From NCBI RefSeq assembly GCF_964355755.1, contig NC_092676.1, positions 19,424,871-19,488,870 of the forward strand: a DNA stretch of 64,000 nucleotides. Direction: 5' to 3'. The translations under genes and the position numbers were made by a program. The notes beneath the pieces were generated by a model. The model saw only the letters and a program-made list of their open reading frames with translations. It ran no database searches and was not told the origin of the DNA. This DNA comes from Antedon mediterranea. Taxonomy: Eukaryota; Animalia; Echinodermata. Positions 12,562-26,249 of this stretch are shown one piece after another; positions within the stretch are counted from its first letter, which is position 1, and every line of letters begins with the position of its first letter.

Positions 12562-12737
12562 TAATGTAGTTTATTCCAATCCACATGTGAACTAATAAAT
12601 AACTATATTATTTTATTAATAGAAACACAATATGTCAAATCAACCATCTTTCAAACGTTGGTAATAACCTTTTATCAAAATTAATAATTCCAATACTAAA
12701 ATGAAATATCTATGTCAGATGCTTGATCACCAATCTC

Positions 12738-12882
12738 TAAAGCTCTGTCTACACTATCAACCTAGGTTGACAAAAAAGTGTGATGTACCCAAATATGGTA
12801 GTGATTATATATGACATCATCATGTCCATATATGGGCACATCACATTTTTTTGTCACATAAATTTTGAGTAGACAGAGATTA
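12738..12882. mobile_element. ~140-bp MITE, same family, opposite orientation
   Basis: TAAAGCTCTGTCTACACTATCAA ... GTAGACAGAGATTAA. Confidence 0.72.
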
Positions 12883-13977
12883 AGCTAAAACATAACGCCA
12901 TCACCGATCAAACACTATAGCATTCCACCATTATATCGGTAAAATTCATGTACTATAATCTTCACAAACAAATAATATAATAAGCCTAAAATGTATAAAT
13001 TCAACACTTACAATTTATGTTTTTATTAATAATCCATTATTATAGATTAGGAGATTTAAACATAAACTATGCAAGAAACCTTAAAATCTAACCTAGCTGC
13101 TTATATTTCAGCAACATTTATAATTAACTAAATTTTATTCAACGTAGGCCTACCCCAGAAACATAAGCCAGTTATTTGTAATAAGTAATGTATTTACATC
13201 AACTATCTCCGTTACCGTCATCCTCAAACTCACAATCATAAAATGGAATCTAATTGAATATATTTCTAATCATAGTAATACCCGATCTTTATATATGAAA
13301 TTACAACATCTACTAGCAACATAGAACTTGCAAGTTATGGTCATGATAAGGATGGAGTATAAAAAGAATCAGAAAGATACTACGGTACGTCTACAATATG
13401 TACAACAGTCATTAAATCTAATATTAATAAACCGGCCGTTTAGAAAACAAAATGAAACCGATGAAAACAAATAGAATGAGCAAATAATTTCTTCATTCCG
13501 TAATACGAGGCAGTTGAACTTTCTTAACGATCACTGGGTTTATCTTATTCGATACGCCTTTTGTTATCTCATATCGGTGCGAAATGAAAATTGTAATTAA
13601 TGAAAATTGGTTAATGATACTCCTACTGTCAAGTAATAATATGTATTTGTAGGCTTATCTCAATCGCCAATGTAAACAGTGATTTTAAGATGCCAGGGTG
13701 CCGCTTAAATATACCTTGTTGTTAAATATTGTACCAGTTTCTATTTGACTTGGATGTTTTAACATTGTTTGAAGTATAATAGATTTTTATTTCTGAGTGA
13801 ACTATAAATATGCCACTGTGAACCATTACGCCTAGTTTTAGTAAAAGCAGCATTCATTTGTTCATAAAATATAATAATTATCATTGAGGAAAGATAATGC
13901 TTAGGGTAAAAGACAATCTGCGACCTAGAATCCCAGAGAATGTTGACTATTTTAGCTAAATACTGTAGGCCTACTTG

Positions 13978-16900
13978 TTAATTCTCCTGTTCGTCAATCT
14001 CACATTTCTTTGCAATAGAACATACTGATTGAAGCATTACATCCTCTGCCGTAATTTTTTCCAGTTCTTTCATAAAACGTTCGATTTCAGCAGCAGCCTG
14101 ATCAAGATTGCCTTCATGCATACAAATTGCTGTATTAACAATTGTGTATATATCAAACCCAATGGACAACACTCCAACCGCCATCCCAGCTGCTTTTAAT
14201 GCTGTCATACCGCACGTCTTAACGGCTGCTTCGGCAACGCCATCGATTACCCGTAAAGTCGTCTTTCCAGCTAATAAAAAAAAGACGTGTTAGATAGTAA
14301 ATTTTTTTCATGGTACGTAACTTGAAAAAAACACAAACTTTTTTTCTTCCCGATGTGTTATATGGTTATAGCAGTTATTCATGACATTAACGTTACGGCA
14401 TAAATTAAGACGATATGTTATACATATATATGTTATAGTGAGATTTCTTATGATTTTAACACGTTGGGGGAAAATAATGATAACCAGGGTGTGTTAATAT
14501 GACTTAAACTTGCACAAATGTCACTCATTTAGTTCTGAAACATAGTAGGCCTATCGGTTAAGGTTGTAGCTATATGCGGTTGTTTTTTACCAGACTCATT
14601 TGATTGGTAACGTGGCATGTTTTTGTTATGTTTACAGTTCACAGAAAATGTTTGCACCCGTCGTGGGTCTGTTTCTGCTGCATAGCACCGAATAAACCGA
14701 TTATTTAAAAAAAACTAACCGGGTATTTTGCGCTGCCATTTAAGCGGTTACCACAACAGTTTCTGCTCATAAGTTAATTTATTCAAACCGTTTTAACCGG
14801 TTAATTTTATGCAGCAGAAACAGGACCCGTGATACAGCATTCACACGTATTTAAAGTACTGTATCCAAACAGGCTAGATTGAGAAAATATTGTTGAAGCG
14901 AAATTCCTAGAATCCAAATTAAACTGAAGGTTACTGAATCAGTCAAACATAAGGATGGAAATAATTCATTCAAAAATAGCAGGATAATTATGTACAATTT
15001 AGTGTCGTCTGAATGGTTGGTATTTATTTCACTTGAACAATTCTCAAGCGATTCAAATCCTTTCATTTCTTTACAATTGTTTATCTTTTGTTAAAATGAA
15101 ATACTACTTACACCCCTGCGGCAAACAATCACAACAACAATTGGAATATAATAATAATAATAATAAACAGTATTTATATAGCGCCTAATGGATCACTGAC
15201 CCCTCTAGGTGCTTTACATAGGACCTTAACTAATGGTAATAAACTATCCCCCGCCGGACACCATTCCGGTATTTATTAGTCGAGGTTTCGGGGATGGAGA
15301 CAATCAATAATGTGGAAAAAAAATGTAACTAAGCTTAACTATGCTTAACTAAGGTAAAACTATCCATCAGTTTCAATTTAATGCAACATGCATTCAATTA
15401 TTAAACTCCATTATTTTGAGTTTTCATTCCCAACAATAGAGAGATATAATGGCCATTTCGCATTGAGAGCAACCAATAATATGCCTATACAAGGGTATGC
15501 ATTTTCTTTACCGGCTATTGTCGAAGACTCCAGTAGGCCTATTCCAGTGATGTACAATCCACTACGTGTCACTATCTTGAGAACAGTAACTTTCTTTCCA
15601 TCAACGTCGGTTACATCTTATATTAAATTAAAAATATAAAGATATTTTAGTGCATTGATTACGTCAGAGTACAGGTTGCGTGAAGTAAAGCATTCATTAC
15701 TATTGTAACCATAGAGGAAAAATGTTATACAACGTTTTAGCAGTTAACGAATGGGAAAATTACCTTTAAGTAGGCCTACTTGTTCAACTATTCCAATGAT
15801 TTTATTAAGTGTGTCTCCGATTCCTGTATGGATTTTTGTTAAATAAGATAAAATGTAGTAATTAGTTAATTAATCATTGAAAACATGTGTTTTTGTTAAC
15901 AAAATATGCCTATTATTAACCGATAGGAATTAATGGTTTCTCTAAAAACCGATAAACACTGCCTACTACCAAGAAATTCAGTCTTGTTTACTGCTAAATT
16001 TGTTGGTAAGCAATTATTTGTAATGTAGAGATAAGATAGTAAAGATAGTCTCCTTATTCAGTATGTTTGTTTTATTGGACATTAATATACTTTTCAAAAG
16101 AGCAATTCAAATTTGTATTTTAAATATGGTGCAGTATCTAAATAAACCTCTATATATAAATTATATTAATATTATATTTACTTACTTATAGCAACTCTGT
16201 ATGCGTCTTTAATTTTTTCAAAAACGACCATGAATTTATCAAATTTCTGTGTACTTTCCATGTGACCTTTAAAACCATCCTGGTATCTCATTTGTTCGGT
16301 ATTTAGTTCTTTGAATATTGTATCATTCTTTATCATCAGTTCATTGGCTGTTTTAACTGATTTGCCTTTTAATATTTCATCTGTAATTGAGGCACCTCCA
16401 GCCACGATTCCACCAGTAGTTGCAACAGCAACACCAGCTACAGTGGCAACTGCTATAGGTGTACAAAGTCCAGCAGTCACGAAGCTTAACCCAATTGCGC
16501 CTATACTCACAGTTGTGCCAACAATTGAGGTTGCAACTCCAGTTAGCTTGGCAATGCCAGTCCGCTTTTTGCGAGTTTTCATCTCTTCAACAACTGTCTG
16601 CAGTAATTCTATCAATCTCTTTCGACCTTCGTCCCATTTAGTAAAGGCATCTTCAAATTCAAGTTTGTCGTCATTAATTCCTTGAAAAGTCTCCAGAGTC
16701 ACAATCGCATGGCATTCGGTTTCTTCTTGGCTTTGATTTTTACCATTAAACAAAGTGTTTGCAATCACTGGTATGGCAGGAATGATAGTTTTGATGCCTA
16801 AAAACCCCATTCTGCAAAACAAAATAATACTAACGTAAAGAAAAGGATTTCGATTTTGAAGGAGTGGCACTGGCTGTCAGATTCGTCATCTGAGTTGCCT

Positions 16901-17185
16901 GTGGTGTGTTAATTGTTTTAGTAATATTTCTATTTAACTTTCAAATTTTATTATTCAAAAAATTATTTTTGTCTATGAAACTTACTTCCAGTAAGACGAA
17001 CCCTGTTCGACGTTTTCCTTGTACAATTTCACTACAAGATTGACTCCATTTTCTACGACGCTAAAGTTTTTTACATCTTCTGCATCACCATGTTCTTTAA
17101 TTAAATCTTTAATAACAAGTAATGTTTTTTCAGTAACTTTGATTATTAAATCACCAAGAGGCAATACATCACCAACAGAAGCCAT
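13978..17185 (-). CDS. Apolipoprotein L-like protein, paralogue B (5 exons, ~427 aa)
   Basis: Exons 17185-16986, 16811-16186, 15823-15764, 15616-15512, 14270-13978; GT-AG, in frame (1284 nt). Same intron positions and phases as paralogues A and C, same APOL-like hairpin and C-terminal motifs. Confidence 0.85.
14665..14828. mobile_element. Short MITE of the same TIR family as 50268-51905 (APOL-B intron 4)
   Basis: GGGTCTGTTTCTGCTGCATA ... TATGCAGCAGAAACAGGACCC. Confidence 0.7.
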
Positions 17186-17355
17186 TGTAAGAGTGTGAAA
17201 GAAACGTTTATAAAATAAACTATAATACGCCTCATGTGCATTGAAGGGTTTATAACAACAATCATGTACCTGGGGATTTGTAAATGTTCAACCAATCAGA
17301 ATACAGTTGTAGTCAATATAGTCATGAATGGTCCATAGAATTAGATTCACCAAAG

Positions 17356-20300
17356 TAGTCCGGTCCCTAAGGGGAAATGATGTTACCATAGTGGATACAA
17401 GTGTGCCCTTTGGCATGTTGATAGAACATGATATGGAGATACCAAAACAAAGTTACTGTAAATCTGATTTGACCTCTGTGACCACTGACCTCAATTTTTA
17501 TATTTCTATCTTAAACAGCAATATCTCAGCAATGGGTTTGACAATTGAAATGATATTGATGTCAAATAGATCAGAGGGTACATATTTATATTCGCTCTAA
17601 TAGAACTTTTTTTTTAAAAACGACCCGAAATGTAATTTCTGAATGTTTTGACCTTTGACCTCAGCTTATTTTATCTCAATAACTACTGGTCAAAATTTCT
17701 TGAAATTTGTTTCAATTTGTTAAAAGCATACATATTTATATATACTCTAATTAAACATGTTCTTCCAAATTCACAGGAAATATCATTTACTGACCTTTGA
17801 CCTTTACTGTTTGAATATGTCTGTATCTCTGTAACCAAATGTCATAAAAAGTTCAGTTTGGTATCAAATTGTTCAGAATGTAAACATCTAATAGAAGATG
17901 TTATCATATTTTTACTGAAAATGCCAGTTATTGCAGTTTGAGGTATGACCAGGATATACTGTTAAGCGTGCGTGTGTCATACTTATATACCCAAAATATA
18001 GATTTAATAGACCAGAACTTCACTCAATATCCTAGTTAGTTTACCTTTTACAATTTTCTTTAAACTTAAATTTTCATTTAATTTCAATATATAATTCCAT
18101 CGCATGGTAGGCCTACACCGTAAGAGCAACACTCAATATCAACATAAAATTAGATAAACTTAAAGTTGATTAACATCAAGATCTTAAAGAAAGAAAAGAA
18201 GAATTAACCAATGCGTTTTGATACTCATAAAACATATGACCTAATTACCAATTCATTGCTTGAAGTATGCTGAAAAAATGAAATGTTGAAAACAGTGAGA
18301 AAAAAGCGAAGAAAAAGTGAAAAATAAAAACATATGCTTAAAATATTAGAAATCTGAAAAGGATCAAAGACAAATTAATTACAAAGCTGATTTCTTTCCA
18401 AGAACATACTGTAGTGGAATATAAAAGGAAAACGAACCAGTGAGCAGTCAAAAATATTACCATCTATTCTTGTAGAGAAAGTGAAAGAGGCTCTAAGGCA
18501 AATGCAAGAAAACAAAGCTCCAACACTGATGATGAACATGAGGCAATGACACATCCAGCTCATAACAATATACAACAAAATATTAGAAACCAGAATAAAT
18601 GTAGAGAAGCAATGATCCACAAAATCATGACAAAACTGACATCAACCATTACCGACCAAATGAAAATTATCACATGTACAAAATATTAGAGGGAATTATT
18701 ATACCTCAACAAAATAATATGGATTACGATCGCTCAAAGAGAAGTTAAGGAAAATTATTAAGACAAGGAGACACTTAAGATCTTCACTGCATTGGAAGAG
18801 GTGTTTTATTAATCTAAAAAATAGAGTAAATATCACTTATAAACATTTAACCAAAACCACATTGACTTCCTGCCTATGTTTTGCTTTAAATTACAGTTTT
18901 TTTAGGTATGCACTATATCATTTTTTTTTTCGATCCAATTTTTGGTGAAAGTGAATAACTATTATGTGACATCAAAATTGCATATTCAACAAAAATATTT
19001 GTAAAAATTACTTTGTCAGGGGGACAATAATTATATATATAATTAATAATAATAATTAATAATTATAGCATGTGATATTATTAGCAAATATTTAAAATGT
19101 AGTTTTGAAACTTTCCCATTACAAACAATTGCCATAATTCTTTACATTACAATACACCCATCCTCTGGGACTTATTTTCAAATGTAGCTTAAAACAGTAC
19201 AATTCTGGTGGCCATTTTGATGTGTATAGATGCATGCAGTACAGTAGCAATGGAAAAGCAAGAGAGGGGGAGGTGGTTGTGGTGGATGGAGAGACACATT
19301 TTTGTTACATGTTTGTCTACACTATCAAACTAGTTTAACAAAAAAGGTTTGATGTCCCCAAATATGGTAGTGATGATGTCCTCGTGTCCATATATGGGCA
19401 CATCACATTTTTTGTCACATAAAGTTTGATAGTGTAGACAGAGTTTAACATTTGTGTAGCAAACATGTAAAACAAGGCCAACAGCCATTAAGTCGCGTGC
19501 TACAATGCATAGTGATACCGGACCGACAGACAGACCGACAGACCGACATACAGACCGACAGACCGACAGACAGACAGACCGACCGACCGACATAGTGAAC
19601 TATACTGACCGAAATTACTGAACATGTTTAAAAATGTTGAAATGTTTAAAAACATTTATATTTTTTTAATTTACACGTGCGTAGCCTGTCACTTTCGACG
19701 TGCTCGTATAACGTAATTTCGAGTTGAAAAGTAAGTCAAGAAAACAGAAATCGGGCAAAAAGAGTGCGCAATAACATTTAACGCGCAGTGCGCGCGCAAA
19801 AATATGCGCACTCATGGCAATTTTGTAAACGCTTAAAATTGCCTGAAATGTACTCTTTTGAAAATTTTAAGCGCGCGTACGCATGCGTTACATGCGCTAC
19901 GCACGTAATTGTATTGCCATATGATGATTTATGCCCTGAAATTTATGAGTACCAAATTTTATTTAATTGTGATTCATGGTTGTGAAGATATGATTACAAA
20001 CGTGATTTCGTTAAATCGTGCGTAGACCGCGTAATTTTTTATTGCGCACCGTGAAAACATAACCACATTGATTCCTGGCCATAAGGAATATACTGTGAAA
20101 AATTGACCTAGCTAGATTAAACTGATATCAAGATAAGGTCAGAAAGCGATAAAACGCATAGTGATACCGGACCGACAGACAGACAGACAGACCGACAGAC
20201 AGACAGACCGACAGACAGACCAACAGACAGACAGACAGACCGACCGACCGACCGACCGACCGACATAGTGAACTATAGAGTCGCTTCCACGCGACTAAAA

Positions 20301-21010
20301 ATATGCGTCTCTCCATCCACCCCAACCACCTCCCCTCTCTCGCTCTCTTTTTATAGATTATTACCGGTAGTTGCTAAATATATGCAAAACGATGGGTCAT
20401 AGCTCAAATTGACATTTCCAATTGAATTCTGACAAAATATTTTGTTACAGCAAATATAAATGTGTATATTCTGAACAATTTGACACCAAACTGAACTTTT
20501 TAGGAAAAATAGTTACCGAGATATCGACATATTCAAACATTAGAGGTCAAGGGTCAAAAAAGCTTAATTTATGGTAATTTTTTGAAAAAAGTTTGCATTA
20601 GACTAAATATTAGATTTATTTTCTTAACATTTTGAGCCCATTCTCAAATCTTTGAGATTGCGCGTTATTGAGATATTAGGCGATCAAGGTCAAAGGTCAA
20701 ACTGAAAAATAAAGCCTTTGCGGCCATTTTTTTACAATTTTTTTCATTGTAGCGAATATAAATATGTATCTTCCAAGCATTTTGACAACAAAATTAATGT
20801 AATATGTCCATGCGTTGTCAAGATATGGCGATTTTTAGTTATATAATAGAAAAATATAAAAATTTAGGTCAAAGGTCACAGAGGTCAAATCAGATTTTCA
20901 GTAACTTTGTTTTGGCATCTCCACACTATACTCTACCAAACTGCTATATTGAATAATTTGTATCCAGTCTGGTAATATCCCACCCCGTTTTCTCCTTAGG
21001 GACTGGACTT
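17356..21010. mobile_element. 3.65-kb non-autonomous DNA transposon with ~550-bp imperfect terminal inverted repeats and nested inserts
   Basis: 17356-~17900 is the reverse complement of ~20455-21010 (TAGTCCGGTCCCTAAGG / CCTTAGGGACTGGACT; CCAAAACAAAGTTACTG.AAATCTGATTTGACCTCTGTGACC). Superfamily uncertain. Confidence 0.72.
19469..20301 (-). mobile_element. ~0.8-kb Helentron/HINE-like element, copy 2
   Basis: Same termini and body as 10402-11198, with a short internal deletion near 19855 and different microsatellite lengths. Confidence 0.82.
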
Positions 21011-22361
21011 TTAAGTGGGTGAATGAGTAGTGAGATTTTCACAGAGTGTATAACATATGATATCGCTTATTTGGGACTCAGGACTAAAATATTTACTCTA
21101 CAACAATATAGGAAAACCAAAAGTGGCCATGTATAAATTTGAATAAGCCGCAATTATCTACGACGAATGAAATAGGCCTACTACTAGACATATTCACTTT
21201 GTAACCGACGGGATATTTCACTGTATAATAATATATAGAGATTCTATGTTCAATAGAACATAATTCCAAGTCATATGAATTGTGTGACCTTTTACCGCTT
21301 ATGCTTTAAACACTCCTTGAATTATACTATTGATCAAGAGTTTCAGCTCGGATCGGATAAATGTTGAAATCTTACCTTGACTTTTGACATCGCATGACCT
21401 TGGTTGGCGTCCTCCTTCAAGCCCTCATACTCACCCTATCCTAGGATTTGTTTCCCCAATTCAACTTAATCGGAGCAATTTGAAAATGTCACTTTGACCT
21501 TGACATTGCATGACCTTGACGACCTAAATAGGTTTTTTCTTATACCGAGCTGCACCCACCCACCAAGTTTGAAGACCCTGCCGCCTCTAGTCTCAGAATA
21601 AGGTCAATTTTTAGTCTACAGCTCACTATGTCGGTCGGTCGGTTGGTTGGTTGGTCGGTCGGTTGGTCGATGAATGGAACATCCCAATCTCTCAGTCTGC
21701 CAGAGTTTGGTTTAACACAAGTAGGTCAATTTATGAGCCCTTGGTTTAACACATGCGGTAGGTAAATATATGGGCCCTTTGAGAATAAACTTGCAACTTA
21801 CTGTGAATTTTCGTCCTGTTAGATGTAATATAAAAATATATACAAATAAACTTTATTACTGACATTGTGGATAGGCTACAGTTAGATATATAAACACATT
21901 ATTATATATACAAATAAACTTTATACTGACAGTTCCTTCTCAACGTTTGTATTAATTAATAATTACCAATAATATAAACGTCGAAGTGGTGTATCGTTTA
22001 TAGGCCTATAAAACATGAACAAAATATTTCGTTACTGAGTGGATAAAGAATATATTTAAAAATTGTTCCTCTTTGTACCTATCCGCTTTCCCATCCCTCA
22101 ACCCTAATGTTACATACAAAACACAAATTGGGTCTCTTTAAATGAGTCCAAATCAAAATTTTGGACTAATTTTGTGATAAGTTTCTCCTTCGGAAGTAAT
22201 TCCCAGGGTGCTAATTTTAGTTGACTACATAAATCATCGTGTCTATTTATTCGTTTCTGTAAACGAAAATGTATTATAGTCCTGCGGTACGTACATTTGA
22301 AATCGCCAGTTTTTGTTACGCTGAAATTACTGTATATTCGAGAACCATCTGTGGGCATGAC

Positions 22362-22398
22362 CTAGATGGTACGCGAGCGAAGCGAGCGTACCATCTAG
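22362..22398 (+). mobile_element. Helitron-type 3' terminal hairpin
   Basis: CTAGATGGTACGC-GAGCGAAGCGA-GCGTACCATCTAG perfect stem ending in CTAG followed by T. Confidence 0.5.
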
Positions 22399-24149
22399 TT
22401 TATACAATTTATTGTACCACAGCACATTTCACTAACTGCCATAATCTACAATTTACCAAGCATTTTGATACAATTTTATCACTTTTTTATATTAATTTTT
22501 TTATATTTTTTGCTTATCTAGGAGGTAAACGCCTCCCTCGAATAAACTCCTCCCTCAAATAAACATCATGAACAATAAATACGGTAATCTAAAATTGAAA
22601 CTGTGTGCGTCCTATACAACACTATACATACATAACATTTAGTAGCAAAATGTGGTTATCTGTTATCTTATTATTCGATCCTAAAAATCTTCAGTGGAGA
22701 AAGACTTCTGCCCCTAATTACTCAAGACACTAGACCAGATGATTTGCGTTAAATTTGCCTCAACCATGTGAGTGTATGGCCAGTAGTTAGCAATGACAAA
22801 GTGTGTGTTTATTAAATTAGGAGAACTACCATGAACAGTTTGGAACCACAAGCCGGTTAAAAAAAGAAAATCACAAAGTAAGTTACTTCTAGCATTCTGA
22901 AAAGAACTGTTGAGCTTGACGTTTCTATCAATTTTTCAGTCTTTCTCAGGAGTCAACAATATTTTATAGCATTATTATAAGTAAAATGAAACTATTTAAA
23001 GCATCAGTATTCGCTGTAAAAAAGATTTTGAAATTATAATATTTTTTCGAAGCAATATTAATATTTACAGGAATTCAATTCAATTCAATTCAAAATTTAA
23101 TTTCACCACAAAAGAAAAAATTATATAGATAAATAAGTATTAACATGAAACTTTTAGTGAAATTGGTACCCACTGTAAGCTTTTAGCGTGGGAACCTATA
23201 ATTATATCAATACATAATATAATAGGATAAGCATAATTAAAACATAATAAGTAAGTCTATATAAAATCTCTTATACAACACAAAATAAAACTATAATTAA
23301 ACAATGAATGATGAATTTTGGGATAAAAGGTATACTGAATGTCAATCTTATATATATATTATCTTATATTATATAATATCGTCTTAACTCTGTGATATAC
23401 AGATATTATATATATATTTAGATAGATTTAGAACACAATATCAAAATATTTTCTATAATCTTTTAACCACAGACTGTGTAATATCACTTAAATATCCATT
23501 GATAGATAAATAGATAGATAGATAGATATAACTGTTATCATATTGTTTGAAAGAGAAAAAATGTATATCAATCTGTAAATTAATAAGTTACCGTACCGTA
23601 GTGATGATCTCATTATTGTCCAATGCTTGTTCTGCTAGCGATTTTTTTTTCCGTACGAGAGTTCCTCCATCGGTTCGTTTCGGACTCAATCGACTCTTCG
23701 GTAAGCCACCGATGCTCACTGATGCGTGACAGCAACCACAAGACAAAACGTGAGCAGTACAGCTTTTTTTTTCACGAGTGACAGATTTATACATACTGTA
23801 CATACTACTAGAGGCTAATACTATACTCACTGTAAATATAATAATAAATATTAATAGTAGTACTGAACGTCATTGTAATAATAATAATAGGCCTAGAATT
23901 TTAATAATATAATACTGTATAGGCAGCCACAAACCAATGTATGTACCATCAGATTCACAAACCGATGGAGGAACTCTCGTACGGAAAAAAAAATCGCGTT
24001 CTGCTAACGTTTTGGCCTTTCAACTGGTGTCAGTTTTTGCAGATGAAACGTTTGAGAATCCATCCATTTTTATAGTGATGGTTTAACCTTAGAATAAGTT
24101 CCAATACCTAAAATATTTTTTTCTGTAATTGGTCAACAGAAGCATGATG

Positions 24150-24660
24150 AAAAAAAAAAATGAATGACATTAGTGATTCCCTCCTTAATCACTAATTTAG
24201 ATTCATTGCTATCTGTGAAACATGGATCAAGCGAAGCATGTTAATAGTTTAAATATACCTGGCTACCAATTTATTCACAAAGATAGGAATGATAAAAGAG
24301 GAGGAATAGGTCTTTATATTTCCAACCCCCATTTAATTTAACGTGCGTCATGACCTATCTCAAAACATACTCAAATATTGAATCATTATTTATTTAAATT
24401 CAAACAAATAATAATAAAAATATAATTTGTGGAATAATTTATCGTCCTACAACTCAATGCTGTACATTATTTAATGATCAGTTTTCTCTTGTCTTACAAA
24501 CAATTATTAATCTTATCTTAGATCTTACCTTATAGGTGACATGAATATTTACTTACTACACTACTCTGTGACCATGATACTCGGATACATAGATAATTTA
24601 CTCTTAAACTTTTTTTACCCACTTATTACCAAATTTAACGGAATCAATGTACCGCATGCT
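24150..24660 (+). pseudogene. Degraded LINE APE-endonuclease fragment
   Basis: Frameshifted remnants IAICETW, DR…RGGxGLYI, GIIYRP and IGDMN. Confidence 0.6.
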
Positions 24661-25399
24661 TCACTTGAATAAATCCCCCCCCCCAAAATTTTTTTTTTAA
24701 AGATTTCGAAAAAAAGTGGGTAATTTTGAAGTATCATAATAGTTAACTTTCACCAAAAATTAGTCACAAAAAATCATTTAACTGAAATAAAGACTTTTTT
24801 TGTTCAAAAATTAAGTTTTCGATCTAAACATAATGCAACGCGCTTCTTGTTTGGCTACTCTGTATGCATAATCATAAAACTTTCTCGCGATGTGTGAAAA
24901 CACATTCTCAACCGTGACGAGTTGTTTTTGGCTAGAATTTTCGACTGAAAGTGAATAATTTAATATTACTTTGATATGGCCAATTTAAATTTAGAATATT
25001 TTGACCTTCATTTTCTCCCAAATTTATGTTTAAACTAAATTTCTTCCAACAATTCTAAACTGTTATGCAAACAATGAGGACACAATGTCCAGTCACTAAA
25101 TAAAGTGTATTGTTGAGCAGACAGATATAAGCATCATCACAAAGTTGAAAATTAAAACCCTATAACTGGTAAAGGTTAAAACATTGAAGGATAGACAAAC
25201 GTTGTTAGATAAACCAAACCAAGTTAAATGTAACACCATTAGGCTATTCATTCAAAAGTTTAAAAATATAGAGTATATAGGTGACTTAACTACAGCATAC
25301 ACTTTATTATGTTATATGGTATAACTAAACATTCATGTAACTGACTCGATGAGATGAGAATAGTCTACGACATTTACACATAGGCCTACTATTATTTAT

Positions 25400-25930
25400 T
25401 ATCTATTGCAGTATTAACAATCTAAATATTAAATATTTTTGACCTTTATACGAAACACACTGCTATATTTATGTATCAATATAAACATAATCTATTACCT
25501 GAATCATTTAATAACTTATTTAGTACATCTGCCTCATTCCATAATTACTCAACTAGAAACAGGTCAAACTACTGTCCACAACTAAAACGCACCAAAGTCG
25601 GACAGCAATGTATTTCCTACCAAGGAACACATATTTGGAACAATTTAACAGACTATATAAAACAATCCCCCACTTTAAGTTTGTTTAAACAGAGATTAAA
25701 GCAATATTATAACAATAGAAATATTTAAGTTAAGTAAATCACATTATGTTATTTTGGTTTGTTCTTTTTGTTTGTACTAATTGTTTGATCTTTTTGTTAG
25801 GGTTACATGCTTAAAGCACTTGTGCTTATTTTGTATCCCATTCCATTATCTTATTATTTGTATTGTATTTGTATATGTTTTTATTTTGATTATGGAATAA
25901 AAATGTCGATGAATTGATTGAATTGAAAAT
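25400..25930 (+). mobile_element. 3' end of an L2/Crack/Daphne-like LINE
   Basis: FMYQYKHNLLPESFNNLF…HNYSTRN…ISYQGTHIWNNL…IKQSPTLSLFKQRLK*, then AATAAA and a (TTGAA)-like tail. Confidence 0.72.
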
Positions 25931-26249
25931 ATTTCATAGAAAAAACAAATAGGACAAGAAATTCATGCAACATCTAAACGTTAAGTGAATCGCCAATTTG
26001 CTAAATTTTAACTGTGTTTTACACATGATTCGTTAACTTTTTAAACCCGCAGTTGTTTTATTATATTCCTTAATGTTATCTGCGTTTTTTATATGAATTC
26101 AAAGTTTAACAAACGCCAACTTTCAATCCCGGTTTTTTTTATGTGGATGGACGTGTGTGTGTGTGTTTTTTTATAATATAAGGCCACTGAATTCTTAATT
26201 AAGTGCTATATTTAATCAATTCAGAAATGATAGCCTTATCGGAAGTACT

